DNA of 64,000 nt from an uncultured Gammaproteobacteria bacterium (GCA_964587425.1 CAZPLB010000001.1:145518-209517); one strand, 5' to 3'. Shown: positions 17,611 through 27,876, counted from the stretch's first letter. Translations and numbers: made by a program. Notes: a model not told the origin generated them from the sequence alone.

Positions 17611-19453
17611 CTTTGTCTTCGAAGTTGTATTCTTTGATATGTTTATTTTCTATGTTGCCCACACTCTCTAACAAATTTTCTGGAATATCTATAATAAATC
17701 TGGATGGAGGATTACTGGTGTTTTGACCAAAGAAAAGTCTGTGAGCAGCGTATGTTAGATAGACCATGTCTTTGGCTCTTGTTATGCCAACATATGCAAG
17801 ACGTCTTTCTTCTTCAAGTTGGGTACTGTCAAATAGCGATCTTGAGTGGGGGAAGATTCCTTCCTCCATACCAATTATAAAAACGATTGGGAACTCAAGA
17901 CCTTTGGCTGAATGGACTGTCATTAGGGTCACTCTTTCATTTTCTTTTGCAGCACCAGCAATACTTTTCTTTTCTTCTGCTTCAACTAGACTCACATTTT
18001 CAAGAAAATCGAGGAGGAGCGGAAACTCTGTAGCCACACTTCTTAATTCTTTGATATTTTCAAGCCGGGTTATATTTTCCTCTGTTTCTTTCTGGTATAG
18101 ATCGAGGTAGCTAATTTCTTTGGTGAGGTTATCCATAATTTCAAGAGTTGTATATTTATCAAAAGCATTTGCTTCACTTCCTATTTTTTCCTGGAATGAT
18201 TTAAATTTCTCAAATCTTCTTACTCCTAATTTTTCAATTCTTTTTTTTGATACTTTATCCTTTGTGTTTGCAAGAACCCGCATGTAGGAAATGATATCTT
18301 TTACTTCTTTTCTGTCGTAGAATTTTGTTCCTCCTATTAATGTATAGGGAATACCAGCATGGATGAGAGCCTCTTCAATTACACGGGATTGGGCATTGGT
18401 TCTATAGAGGACAGCAAATTTATTGTAAGAGGCACCAAAATTTGTGACTTGTGACTGAATCTCTGATACTACAAAACTTGCTTCATCAAAACCGCTTTTT
18501 GCTGAATGTAGTTTTATTTTTTTACCTTCTTTATTTTGGGTCCATAATTTCAAGATGGGGTGGGAGGTGTTTCTTGAGATTATTGAGTTTGCAGCATCTA
18601 GAATATTTTGAGTGGATCTATAGTTTTGTTCAAGATTAATAACTTTTAATTTTGGATAGTCTTTTGATAAATTATTTATGTTTCTGTAGTCTGCGCCTCT
18701 CCATGAATAGATTGACTGGCTCGCATCGCCTACAGCTGTTAGGTTACCACTGTCACCTACAAGCAGTTTGGTGAGGGTGTATTGAATTTTGTTTGTATCC
18801 TGCCATTCGTCTACTAGGATATGGGTTAGTTTTTTATTCCACTTTGATTTAATTTCCGGAACCTTTAGAACATCAACTGCTTTAATTAGGATGTCGTCAA
18901 AGTCGAGGGCATTAATTTCCTTCAGACTTTTTTGATATGAGTTATATATTTTGAACACTTTTTCTTGAAAGTCACCGCGTGCGATTTCACCGTATTCAAG
19001 AGCTGTTATCATTTGGGACTTTGAGGATGAGATTTCGGCTAAAATACTATTTGCATTGTATGCATCTTCATCTAGGTTCATCTCTCTTAACATCTCTTTT
19101 ATTAAATCTTTTTGATCGGAGTCGTCGTAGATAATAAAGTTTGGTTCAATGCCTATAACATTTCCATCAATTCTTAATAGTTTTACACAAAAAGAATGAA
19201 AGGTACCAACAAAGCCTGGCATACTTGTTGATATTTTTGCGATTCTTTCCTTCATTTCCTTTGCAGCTTTGTTTGTAAAGGTAGTTAGGAGTATCTTGTC
19301 CGGTGAAACGTGTTTTTCTTCAATGAACCAGGCGGCTCGGTGGGTTAGTACCTTTGTTTTTCCAGAACCGGCCCCGGCCAGTATCAAGAGCTTGTCTCCC
19401 TCAAAGGTTACTGCTTCGAGCTGTTTTTCGTTTAGATTTGATACAATGTTCAT
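17594..19453 (-). CDS. pcrA: ATP-dependent DNA helicase PcrA/UvrD
   Basis: Walker A AGAGSGKTKV, DEWQDTN, GDASQSIYSWRGA, TVHSAKGLEF, GITRAKD. There is no nuclease extension. Confidence 0.85.
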   Translation of the reverse strand: MNIVSNLNEKQLEAVTFEGDKLLILAGAGSGKTKVLTHRAAWFIEEKHVSPDKILLTTFTNKAAKEMKERIAKISTSMPGFVGTFHSFCVKLLRIDGNVIGIEPNFIIYDDSDQKDLIKEMLREMNLDEDAYNANSILAEISSSKSQMITALEYGEIARGDFQEKVFKIYNSYQKSLKEINALDFDDILIKAVDVLKVPEIKSKWNKKLTHILVDEWQDTNKIQYTLTKLLVGDSGNLTAVGDASQSIYSWRGADYRNINNLSKDYPKLKVINLEQNYRSTQNILDAANSIISRNTSHPILKLWTQNKEGKKIKLHSAKSGFDEASFVVSEIQSQVTNFGASYNKFAVLYRTNAQSRVIEEALIHAGIPYTLIGGTKFYDRKEVKDIISYMRVLANTKDKVSKKRIEKLGVRRFEKFKSFQEKIGSEANAFDKYTTLEIMDNLTKEISYLDLYQKETEENITRLENIKELRSVATEFPLLLDFLENVSLVEAEEKKSIAGAAKENERVTLMTVHSAKGLEFPIVFIIGMEEGIFPHSRSLFDSTQLEEERRLAYVGITRAKDMVYLTYAAHRLFFGQNTSNPPSRFIIDIPENLLESVGNIENKHIKEYNFEDKDDFNW

Positions 19454-20572
19454 ATGGAAAATGATGAATTAAATGATGGGGTTGAATTAGATTCTAGCAT
19501 GGTAGATAGACAAATGGTACGAAAAAAAGCATTTTGGTCGAGGACTAAAAGACAAATTTTGAGGCATGTTTGGATAACACGAGGAGTGATACTTACTTTG
19601 TTGTTGTCACTTTTTGTATTAGTGATTTATGGTGTGTTTATTTTTCTCAGAGGAAGCCTTGTTGGAACGTATGTTGGACTTGCCCGTGATTTTGCTTTTC
19701 CATCCCAAACCACCTTGGGCGGGGTTGGAAACGACGTAAATTTTCTTTTAATGGGCAAAGGTGGGGAGGGACACGATGCGCCGGACCTTACTGACACAAT
19801 GATTGTAGCCTCAGTTGATATAGTAAACAAAAAGGTTAGTTTGATTTCAATACCGCGGGATATCTGGATTGATGACATGAAGGCAAAGATAAATAGTGCG
19901 TATTTTTATGGAAACAAAAAGAAGGCAGGAGGAGGTTTGGTTTTGGCAAAATCTACGGTAGAGGAAGTTTTGGGGATACCAATTAGTTATGCAGCCATTG
20001 TTAACTTTGATGTTTTTAAGGATGTTATTAATATTATTGGGGGAATTACAGTTGAAGTTAAAAATAGTTTTGTTGACAAACAATTCCCCATTGCAGGGCG
20101 TGAGGCTGATACATGTAGCGGGGACAGGACATATGCATGTAGATATGAAACAGTAGAATTTAAATCTGGGGTTCAAACTATGGATGGGGAGACTGCATTA
20201 AAATTTGTGAGGAGTAGACATGCAGTTGGAGATGAAGGGACTGATATTGCTCGTGAGGCAAGACAGCAGCTAGTGATTGGGGCGATAGTAAGAAAGCTTG
20301 CTACACCTTCAGTTTTTCTATCAATTCCAAAGATTCGAGGCTTGATTGATGTAGCCAATAAAAATATTGAGACTGATATCAAACCTCAGGAGGCAGCGAC
20401 ACTTGCGCGTTATGTTTTCAACGGGAGGAAAAATTTGAAATCATACTCCATTCCTTCTGAATTACTGTTTAATCCGCCTCTTTCTGCCAAATACTTAAAT
20501 ACATATGTGTTTGTACCAGTTGGGGGAAATTGGGAAAAGATTCATGAATGGGTAAAAAATATTTTACAGTAA
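19454..20572 (+). CDS. LytR-CpsA-Psr (LCP) family cell-wall glycopolymer ligase
   Basis: N-terminal TM anchor and LCP core (NFLLMGKGGEG..DTMIVASVDIVNKKVSLISIPRDIWI). Confidence 0.8.
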   Translation: MENDELNDGVELDSSMVDRQMVRKKAFWSRTKRQILRHVWITRGVILTLLLSLFVLVIYGVFIFLRGSLVGTYVGLARDFAFPSQTTLGGVGNDVNFLLMGKGGEGHDAPDLTDTMIVASVDIVNKKVSLISIPRDIWIDDMKAKINSAYFYGNKKKAGGGLVLAKSTVEEVLGIPISYAAIVNFDVFKDVINIIGGITVEVKNSFVDKQFPIAGREADTCSGDRTYACRYETVEFKSGVQTMDGETALKFVRSRHAVGDEGTDIAREARQQLVIGAIVRKLATPSVFLSIPKIRGLIDVANKNIETDIKPQEAATLARYVFNGRKNLKSYSIPSELLFNPPLSAKYLNTYVFVPVGGNWEKIHEWVKNILQ

Positions 20573-22071
20573 ATAAGGTAGTCCCAATTTTAATGGTACT
20601 TCTGGTTTGTGTTCTTTATCTTTTTTTGAGATTGAATTGGAGAGATACAATTGAATTTGGGTACGACCAGCCGATCCTTGCTTCAAGAGTCAATGAATTT
20701 TTACAAAGACCGAGTTTTATTGAGAGCTACAATTATGTCAACGTAAATCCATGGGGGTATCCATCTTGGGGTCCCGTGCAAATCTTTTTTTACGCCTTTT
20801 TCTTTCTGATCTCTAACAATCCAATTACTGTTTCTGTATTAGTTGCGATATTTAATATCTTGAGTGTTGTATGTGTGGTTATCGTTGGTTGGAAATTTTT
20901 CTCACTTAGAGTAGGACTTGTTGCGGGATTGATTTTGTCGTGTCATCCTTGGTGGATTGTCTTTTCTAGAATGGTTTACGAACCGACTCCGGTTCCGACT
21001 TTTGTAGCTGTTGCAATGTTGTTTTGTTTTTACGTAATCAGGCGACCAAGGAGTTTTGTGATTTTACCATTAATATTTTTATTTGGATTCTTGTTCCAGC
21101 TTTATATACATACAATATCTTTTGTGGCGATAAGTTTTGTATCAATCTTGGGGGTTATTAAAAAAACTAGGAAAGTTTACTTATTTTTGGGAATCATTGT
21201 CATTTTTATATTATTTCTGCCAACTATCCATTATTATTTTAATAATCAATCCAACCTCTTAGGGTTTATTGGTGTTGCCAAAAAATTTCAAACGGGCAAC
21301 CTCGAGAAAGGACATTCAACATTTGATGCTATACCTGAATTTTTTAATACAATGTCTGGGAGTGGTTTCAGATGGCAGCTTGGTTCGGCATATGAGATCT
21401 TTCTGGGTAAATATATTTATGTGGAGACATTATCAAGAATTTTAATTTTCATCTCAATTTCAATTTTTATCTATCATTTGATTCATCTTGTTTGTGTCAA
21501 GAATGACAGAGGATTCAGGGGTATCTTGCTTGGTTGGGCTGTTGCGCCCATTTTTTTTCTAATTATTATTAGAACTCCAATAGCCCTTCCAAGATATTAT
21601 CTTTTGAGTTTGCCGGCATATGCACTTCTTTTCGGGATATTAATTGACGATCTTTTTAAGAAGATTGGAAAATTTATAATTGTCTTGCCAATAGTACTAT
21701 CTATTTTTTGGGTTATTTTTATAGCTAATTACTTTGAATTTATTAAGACTTATTCGTACCCCAATGGTTTTTTAAGTTCATATTCTGATCCGCCATACCG
21801 CTTTTTAGAGAGTGCTTTTGATTGGATTAAAAGTGACGCAAAGATAAAAGGCTACTCAGATTTTGTCGTAAGTAGTGATCCAGCAAAACCGAATGAATTG
21901 GTGCTTAATACGGCGCAAAATTATTACTGGAATTATATTTTAAGAAAAAACTTTACTCCAAGAATTGGGAGTGTAGGTTATTATTTGATGTATTTTTCAC
22001 CTGTTCAATCAGATACGCGACTTTCCTATGTCCAATTTGGCCCATATGTTGTCTATGAAGTTAAAAAGTAA
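20548..22071 (+). CDS. Polytopic membrane protein, probable GT-C glycosyltransferase
   Basis: About 12 TM helices. Hydrophobic core with loop Asp/Glu residues. No soluble catalytic domain of other folds. Confidence 0.4.
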   Translation: MGKKYFTVNKVVPILMVLLVCVLYLFLRLNWRDTIEFGYDQPILASRVNEFLQRPSFIESYNYVNVNPWGYPSWGPVQIFFYAFFFLISNNPITVSVLVAIFNILSVVCVVIVGWKFFSLRVGLVAGLILSCHPWWIVFSRMVYEPTPVPTFVAVAMLFCFYVIRRPRSFVILPLIFLFGFLFQLYIHTISFVAISFVSILGVIKKTRKVYLFLGIIVIFILFLPTIHYYFNNQSNLLGFIGVAKKFQTGNLEKGHSTFDAIPEFFNTMSGSGFRWQLGSAYEIFLGKYIYVETLSRILIFISISIFIYHLIHLVCVKNDRGFRGILLGWAVAPIFFLIIIRTPIALPRYYLLSLPAYALLFGILIDDLFKKIGKFIIVLPIVLSIFWVIFIANYFEFIKTYSYPNGFLSSYSDPPYRFLESAFDWIKSDAKIKGYSDFVVSSDPAKPNELVLNTAQNYYWNYILRKNFTPRIGSVGYYLMYFSPVQSDTRLSYVQFGPYVVYEVKK

Positions 22072-23218
22072 CCCAACCAAACTTGTTGATCCACAATACT
22101 CCCCAAAGATTTACTAATATACTTAAAATTAGAAGAAGCCAGTGTATCTTTTTTGGTCCACCCATCCTGTTCACTCCTTTAATGGTTAAATAAATTAGGA
22201 AAGGATAAAAATCGACAGCGAAGCGATACCCAAATTGTGCCCAGCCTGTTCCACCATGTGAGGCAACGATTAAGAATATTGTGAAGATTGATAGCCATGC
22301 AAATTGATTTATTCCTTCTCTGTATTTTGAAAAAAGAGCAAAAACAAAAGCAGGAGAGGTTATCCAAATAGCAAGTCCTGCCCATGATGGTTCGATAAAA
22401 GGGAAGATGTCTACCTTTTTTGGAAAGGATAAAAACATTGCTCTTAAGTTATCTGGTATATAGATTGGATTTGCTACACCATGGGCAAACCATGGAGCAT
22501 TTTGTTCATTGAGAATTTTGGGTAATATGAAATATGCCTGGTCAAATATTGACTGAAACCTTACAAAATTATATATAAAATTAAATCCTGCGAAAGGTAG
22601 AGCACCAAAGCTCATAAGCAATAAATTTTTAATATTGAATTTATCCTTAAGAGCGTATAAAAAGAAAGGAAAAGAAAAAATTAAATGAATTCGAGATAGG
22701 TATGCTGCTCCAAGTAATACACCCAGTAAAAATGGCCTTTTTTTTGTGGTTGCCTCGAGAATTGCAAGTGAAATGAAAAAAGCAGCAGAAATTTGTCCTA
22801 AATACCAAGAAGAGCCGACAGAGGAAAGGAACCAGATGATATTTCCAAATGCTGCGAAAAGAAATGTCCATAGGAATAGTTTTTTACTTTTACTTATTTT
22901 CCATGACAGTAGGCAAAAAATAACAGTTATTCCTGCCCCAAGAAGGTGAGCTAAGTATTGTTGTTGAAATGCATTTTTAAAAAGTAAAACGAATGGCATT
23001 GCCAGGATTGCCGGCATTGGGGGATAAACTATGTAGAACTTGTTAGGTCCAGCTGGAATTAATTCACTGAGCCAAGAGGGATTTTCGGTTATGTAATATC
23101 TACCGTGAAGAAAAGCGTCGGCAAGTCGGGTAAAATAGTTAAATGGGGTATTTCCAGGCGATGTTATTAGATATACTACAAGTATGAAAACAAAAATCAA
23201 TAAAAGAACTTTTTTCAT
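22061..23218 (-). CDS. Polytopic membrane protein, probable GT-C glycosyltransferase (DUF2029/mannosyltransferase-like)
   Basis: About 10 TM helices. Aromatic-rich loops with the pattern WKISKSKKLFLWTFLFAAFGNIIWF. Confidence 0.4.
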   Translation of the reverse strand: MKKVLLLIFVFILVVYLITSPGNTPFNYFTRLADAFLHGRYYITENPSWLSELIPAGPNKFYIVYPPMPAILAMPFVLLFKNAFQQQYLAHLLGAGITVIFCLLSWKISKSKKLFLWTFLFAAFGNIIWFLSSVGSSWYLGQISAAFFISLAILEATTKKRPFLLGVLLGAAYLSRIHLIFSFPFFLYALKDKFNIKNLLLMSFGALPFAGFNFIYNFVRFQSIFDQAYFILPKILNEQNAPWFAHGVANPIYIPDNLRAMFLSFPKKVDIFPFIEPSWAGLAIWITSPAFVFALFSKYREGINQFAWLSIFTIFLIVASHGGTGWAQFGYRFAVDFYPFLIYLTIKGVNRMGGPKKIHWLLLILSILVNLWGVLWINKFGWVTF

Positions 23219-25658
23219 TCCTTATATTTTACTAGTTTTAGGGTTGGGATTCATGCTTAGAATTATTCTTTTTAATTTTGGTACGTTGAGGCTTGACCAG
23301 GGTACATTCATTGCATGGAGCAATATTTTGGTAAATGGAGGCTTCAAACACTTTTATTCTGGATGGAGTGATTATTTGCCTGGATATCTTTATGTACTGA
23401 ATATATTGGGGCAAATTGCAAAATTACATATAATTTCTGAAACTTTACTTTATAAATTGCCTGCAATATTGGCAGACCTTGCAACAGGGTACTTGATATA
23501 TAAAATACTAAAGAAAAAAGCGAGTGACAAGTGGTCATTGGCAGGAGCTGCTTTATATATTTTTAATCCTGCAGTATTTGCAAACTCAACACTTTGGGGG
23601 CAGGTTGACAGTTTGACTGCATTTTTTTCATTACTTGCGATTTATTTACTTGAGGAAAATATTTATCTATCTGCCTTGTCTTTGGCAATTGGCGGGTTAG
23701 TCAAGCCTCAGGCAGTTTTTCTTGTTCCAATTGTTTTACTGTACGCCTTTAAAAACAAATGGAATATGAAGAAATATATTATTTATGGAGCCATTGGCTT
23801 AGCAGTAATCATTCTTGGATTTTTACCTTTTTACGGAGATGTACAGTTTACTTTTGGGAGGTTTGTTAATTTCTTTTTGTCGAGAATAAATTTATCTCTC
23901 AATCAATATCCATACACAAGTGTTAATGCATTTAATTTTTGGGGAATTATTGGTTTCTGGAAGGAAGATAATATTAGCGGGATTATTGGCCTTGCTATGT
24001 TTCTAGCTGTTTCTATTTTTTCCTGGATAGCGCTTCGAAAGAAAAAGGTTTCATATTATCTACTTTCTGGGCTTATTTTCCTTTTTGCATTTACATTTTT
24101 AACTCGGATGCATGAGAGGCATCTGATGCCAGCATTACCATTCTTACTTATTGCTTCTTTTGAAACACCTGCACTTATTTTTTCATATCTTGGGCTATCA
24201 ACTATTTACTGCCTTAATTTGCTGTGGGCATATAGTTGGATAACCAATAGTTTTGAAAGTATTTTTAGCGAGGGGATTCTTAAATTGCTTTCTTTTTCTG
24301 TGTTTGGTTTTTCACTATATAGTTTGTATGTGTCTCTTAAAAATATTAGTTTACCTAAAATTAACCTGGCGCTATTGAAGAAACCTTCAAAGATTGATAA
24401 ATTTCCAAAGATAAACATCAAGTTCAATAAATATATAATTTTTGGAGTTATTGCTTTTGCATTTGCTGCAAGAATACTTTTCTTGTGGAGCCCAAGTAAT
24501 GAATATTTTGATGAGGTGTATCACGCATTTACTGCAAAGGAGATGATGAATGGCAACACAGCAGCTTGGGAATGGTGGAATACACCTCCTCAAGGATTTG
24601 CATATGAATGGACACACCCACCTCTAGCCAAGGAACTAATGATTGGTGGGATGCTAATCTTTGGCCAAACTTCTTTTGGGTGGAGGGTACCTGCAGCCTT
24701 AGCGGGAGTTGGAATACTATTTTTCGTTTTCAAAATATCAAAGGAACTTTTTGATGATGACTGGCTTCCCATTTTTGCTACAGGATTTTTGGCATTAGAT
24801 GGATTACTTCTGGTTATGAGTAGGATTGGTATGAATGATTCATATCTATTATTTTTTGTCTTGGCTTCATTTTACTATTACTTGAAAGACAAGAATTTAA
24901 TATCTGCAATATTTGCAGGCTTGGCACTTTCATCGAAATGGAGTGCGTTGTGGTTTTTCCCAATTCTTGCAGTTACACATTTTGTATTGAAGAAAAAATT
25001 TAAGAAGAGTTACTTGTGGTATTTATTGATACCCGTTATCTATATTTCTACATACCTGCCACTTTTTACGTCAAAACAAATACAGAATGAGTATGTAAGA
25101 AATAATAGATATGAATTGAAAAAAGATAAGACGGGGATAGTTCCGCTTGATATGTTTATTGATACACAGAAACAGATGTGGTGGTACCACACTAACCTCA
25201 AGGCAACACACCCTTACACTTCACCTTGGTGGGAGTGGCCAATTGAAGCTCGTCCAATCTACCTTTATACAAGCGGATATGGAGATGACGGGGTAGCCAA
25301 TATATATGCTTTTGGAAACCCAGTGGTGTTTTGGTTTGGGTTGGGATCGGTTTTTCTGTGTTTGTATTGGGCAGTAAGGGATAGGAACAAAAGACTTGGG
25401 TTGGTTTGTTTTTCTTACTTTGCTTTCTTTGTTCCATGGGCACTATCACCTAGAATTATGTTTTTGTATCATTATTTGCCATCACTACCATTCTTGGGGA
25501 TAGCTGCAGGGTATGTATTTCGTAAATATCCGAAACTAGTGCTCCCCGTATTTGGCGTGGGACTTTTGTTATTTATTTACTTCTATCCACATTGGGTGGG
25601 AATTAAGGTACCAACATCCCTTGATATGTCTTACTACTGGTTTCCTAGCTGGAGATAA
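23184..25658 (+). CDS. Large two-module GT-C membrane glycosyltransferase with C-terminal PMT-family (protein O-mannosyltransferase-like) module
   Basis: The second module carries the PMT hallmark YFDEVYHAFTAKEMMNG..EWTHPPLAKELM. The first module is a separate ~12-TM GT-C-like block. Confidence 0.55.
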   Translation: MKTKINKRTFFIPYILLVLGLGFMLRIILFNFGTLRLDQGTFIAWSNILVNGGFKHFYSGWSDYLPGYLYVLNILGQIAKLHIISETLLYKLPAILADLATGYLIYKILKKKASDKWSLAGAALYIFNPAVFANSTLWGQVDSLTAFFSLLAIYLLEENIYLSALSLAIGGLVKPQAVFLVPIVLLYAFKNKWNMKKYIIYGAIGLAVIILGFLPFYGDVQFTFGRFVNFFLSRINLSLNQYPYTSVNAFNFWGIIGFWKEDNISGIIGLAMFLAVSIFSWIALRKKKVSYYLLSGLIFLFAFTFLTRMHERHLMPALPFLLIASFETPALIFSYLGLSTIYCLNLLWAYSWITNSFESIFSEGILKLLSFSVFGFSLYSLYVSLKNISLPKINLALLKKPSKIDKFPKINIKFNKYIIFGVIAFAFAARILFLWSPSNEYFDEVYHAFTAKEMMNGNTAAWEWWNTPPQGFAYEWTHPPLAKELMIGGMLIFGQTSFGWRVPAALAGVGILFFVFKISKELFDDDWLPIFATGFLALDGLLLVMSRIGMNDSYLLFFVLASFYYYLKDKNLISAIFAGLALSSKWSALWFFPILAVTHFVLKKKFKKSYLWYLLIPVIYISTYLPLFTSKQIQNEYVRNNRYELKKDKTGIVPLDMFIDTQKQMWWYHTNLKATHPYTSPWWEWPIEARPIYLYTSGYGDDGVANIYAFGNPVVFWFGLGSVFLCLYWAVRDRNKRLGLVCFSYFAFFVPWALSPRIMFLYHYLPSLPFLGIAAGYVFRKYPKLVLPVFGVGLLLFIYFYPHWVGIKVPTSLDMSYYWFPSWR

Positions 25659-25684
25659 CTACTGTGGTATAGCTTGAGCTTTGA

Positions 25685-25903
25685 CTATTTATTTGATGGG
25701 TTGGTCTTGGTCTCTTGTGATTTTTGTTGAGAGGTTGTACTTTTTTGTTCTGTGGCGGATCCGTTTCTTGTACTTTTACTATTACTATTGGTTTCAGCTG
25801 CTTTTTCTGAGATTATCTGTGTGGTGGTGATTGAGATTAGTGCCGCTGCAAGACCGATTACTAAAACTGCTAGGCCAGCTAATTTCCAGGTATTACTTTT
25901 CAT
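25685..25903 (-). CDS. Small secreted/anchored Thr/Ser-rich protein
   Basis: 72 aa. N-terminal hydrophobic anchor then a low-complexity STQ-rich tail. Last gene of the surface-protein operon. Confidence 0.3.
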   Translation of the reverse strand: MKSNTWKLAGLAVLVIGLAAALISITTTQIISEKAAETNSNSKSTRNGSATEQKSTTSQQKSQETKTNPSNK

Positions 25904-25915
25904 ATTATAGTTTCA

Positions 25916-26602
25916 TCACAATGCTAGGAATATTGCCAGGAGTAGTGTTCCCAATCCTGCTCCAATTCCTATTAATGTTGGCCAACTTGTTCCGGCTTCA
26001 GGAAGAGAAGGAGGAGTGGTCGGTGCTACGGTTGCACAGATACAGTCAGTTTCAGTGGTGCAGCTAGTATTTCTACAGACATTTCCAGTACAGGTCATTC
26101 CAGTTCCACATTCAGTTGTACTTGTGCAAGCGCTGCCACAAGAAGGTGGAGCAGTAGGTGTTGGAGTAGGAGTTGGTGTTGCGGTAGGTGTGGCTGTTGC
26201 ACAAATACAATCTGCAGAGTCTGTACAACTTGTGTTTCTACAGACATTGGTGCCTCCTGATTGTGTACAAGTCATACCAGTTGGACAGTCTGAAGAATTG
26301 GTTGTGTCTGTACAAGAACTATCACAGCTTGGTGGGGTAGTTGGTGTGGCTGTTGGGCTAGCTGTTGCTGTTTCTGTAGGTGTCGCTGTCGCCTCTGCTA
26401 TCTGGAATGTTAATGTACAAGCGGCAGCAGGGCTTGGTTGGAGAGTATCAGCTCTTGGTTTGCTTTCAGGAGCATTTGGTGCTACAGATTGCTGTCTTAA
26501 TTGATAGAGTCTGACGGCTGTAAATATGGCAATTCCAGCAAGGACTACGGTAGCTAGTACTATTATGAATGTTAATAAATTTTTTCTAATAAATTCCATC
26601 AT
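25916..26602 (-). CDS. Surface protein with tandem Cys-rich modules, Pro/Thr linkers and C-terminal LPEAG-hydrophobic tail
   Basis: N-terminal signal anchor. There are two ~45-aa Cys-rich repeats (SC..CT..C.TGMTCT..VCRNTSCT..DCICAT) separated by TPTATP linkers. The C-terminus is LPEAGTSWPTLIGIGAGLGTLLLAIFLAL. Confidence 0.5.
   Translation of the reverse strand: MMEFIRKNLLTFIIVLATVVLAGIAIFTAVRLYQLRQQSVAPNAPESKPRADTLQPSPAAACTLTFQIAEATATPTETATASPTATPTTPPSCDSSCTDTTNSSDCPTGMTCTQSGGTNVCRNTSCTDSADCICATATPTATPTPTPTPTAPPSCGSACTSTTECGTGMTCTGNVCRNTSCTTETDCICATVAPTTPPSLPEAGTSWPTLIGIGAGLGTLLLAIFLAL
26030..26420. repeat. Imperfect tandem coding repeat (Cys-rich module plus PT linker)
   Basis: DNA-level repeats of the acaccaacacctac / ggtgtggctgttg type encode the duplicated Cys module. 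They produce the spurious opposite-strand GVGVGV ORF. Confidence 0.6.
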
Positions 26603-26610
26603 ATATTATC

Positions 26611-27876
26611 TTAAAACCATTGATCCAATTGTAAATGGTGTAATAGGGCACCGACATTAAATGTTGTTGTTCCAGCTGGGATTGTGTAGTCAATATAGAA
26701 TTCTGCAGAATTTGATGGAACAGTGGTTGTTGATATTCCGATTGATGTTCCGTTGACAAAGAATTCAGCTTTGTCAAAGTTTCCAGATACTGTTGTTCCT
26801 GTTACAGCAAACTTAATTACCGTTCCTGGGTCAAGGGATGACCATTCGTTCTGGGGTATTTCAGTGAAACTGTCGTCATACATTTTGATACCAGTGCACT
26901 GAGGGGCAACAGGTGGAGTTGTTGGAGTTGCTGTTGGAGTTGGACTTGCTGTTGGTCCTGCAACTTGGAGGGGAAGGACTACGTTACAAACTCCTGATGT
27001 GGTACCACAAGTTGGACAGTTAACCATGTCTACACGGACTCTGATGTTTGCTTTACCTGCTGCAACAGCAGTTGCAACTAGATTATGTAATCCCTGGCTA
27101 ACAAATCCTCCGTTTGTACCCGTGATAGTGGGAGGAGCAACTGTAATCGCGCTTGTGTTATTTGAGGTGATGACAAGTCTTTTGATCCTGCTTAAGTTTT
27201 GATTGTCGTTTGTTGATATATTGTCGACATTAACTTTCAAATTAACTTTTTGCCCAATTTGCAAGACTTGATTTGGAGCTGCACCTGTTAATACAGCGGT
27301 ACACTTTAATTTGACACATAGTCCAGAGCCGGCACAGGTACCTTGACCTGCTATGTCTACTTGATTTGAGCCGCAGGCTGGTGCTGTGGCAGAAAAACAT
27401 TGACCCTCAGTTGCGGTTACAGTTGATATCGTACAGTTTTGACTACATACACATCCTGGGTAACCTGGCGAAGTGTTTGTTGGGCAGTTGCATCGTTGAA
27501 TTTGATATGTTCCAGCATGGACGCAAACGGGAGAACCACCTCCACCTGATATATAACCTCCAGCTGCCCCTTGGTTTAAAATTTGTTGCTGTTGAACTAG
27601 TAGCAATCCCGCTCCTACTCCACCTACAAGTAATACCAATCCAAAGACTGTTGCAATAACTTTTGCGCCGGGCCCTCTTCTTTTGGGTGCTGAACCTATA
27701 CCACCATCACCACCACTACTTACAGGTGTTGATGGAGTAGTTGGTTCTGGTGGTGTTGAGTCACCATTGGTTGGAACATTTGCTATTGGGGAAATTGGTG
27801 GAGTTGAGACAACATCATCTTGTGGAACACCCCCTGTTGAAAAAGGGTTTGTTGGATTGGCAGGATTGTTTTGCAT
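26611..27876 (-). CDS. Type-II-anchored Cys-rich cell-surface protein
   Basis: Pro/Thr-rich N-terminus, KRRGPGAK then TM (VIATVFGLVLLVGGVGAGLLLV), Gln/Gly-rich stretch, many Cys, then beta-rich Ig-like C-terminal region. Confidence 0.45.
   Translation of the reverse strand: MQNNPANPTNPFSTGGVPQDDVVSTPPISPIANVPTNGDSTPPEPTTPSTPVSSGGDGGIGSAPKRRGPGAKVIATVFGLVLLVGGVGAGLLLVQQQQILNQGAAGGYISGGGGSPVCVHAGTYQIQRCNCPTNTSPGYPGCVCSQNCTISTVTATEGQCFSATAPACGSNQVDIAGQGTCAGSGLCVKLKCTAVLTGAAPNQVLQIGQKVNLKVNVDNISTNDNQNLSRIKRLVITSNNTSAITVAPPTITGTNGGFVSQGLHNLVATAVAAGKANIRVRVDMVNCPTCGTTSGVCNVVLPLQVAGPTASPTPTATPTTPPVAPQCTGIKMYDDSFTEIPQNEWSSLDPGTVIKFAVTGTTVSGNFDKAEFFVNGTSIGISTTTVPSNSAEFYIDYTIPAGTTTFNVGALLHHLQLDQWF

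Noticed and set aside
26016-26504. 162-aa plus-strand ORF (GVGVGVAVGVAVA...) antisense to the Cys-repeat surface protein
   Set aside because: It is a low-complexity translation of the repeat's complementary strand. The minus-strand frame has signal anchor, structured Cys modules and a sorting-like tail, so the plus-strand ORF is an artefact.
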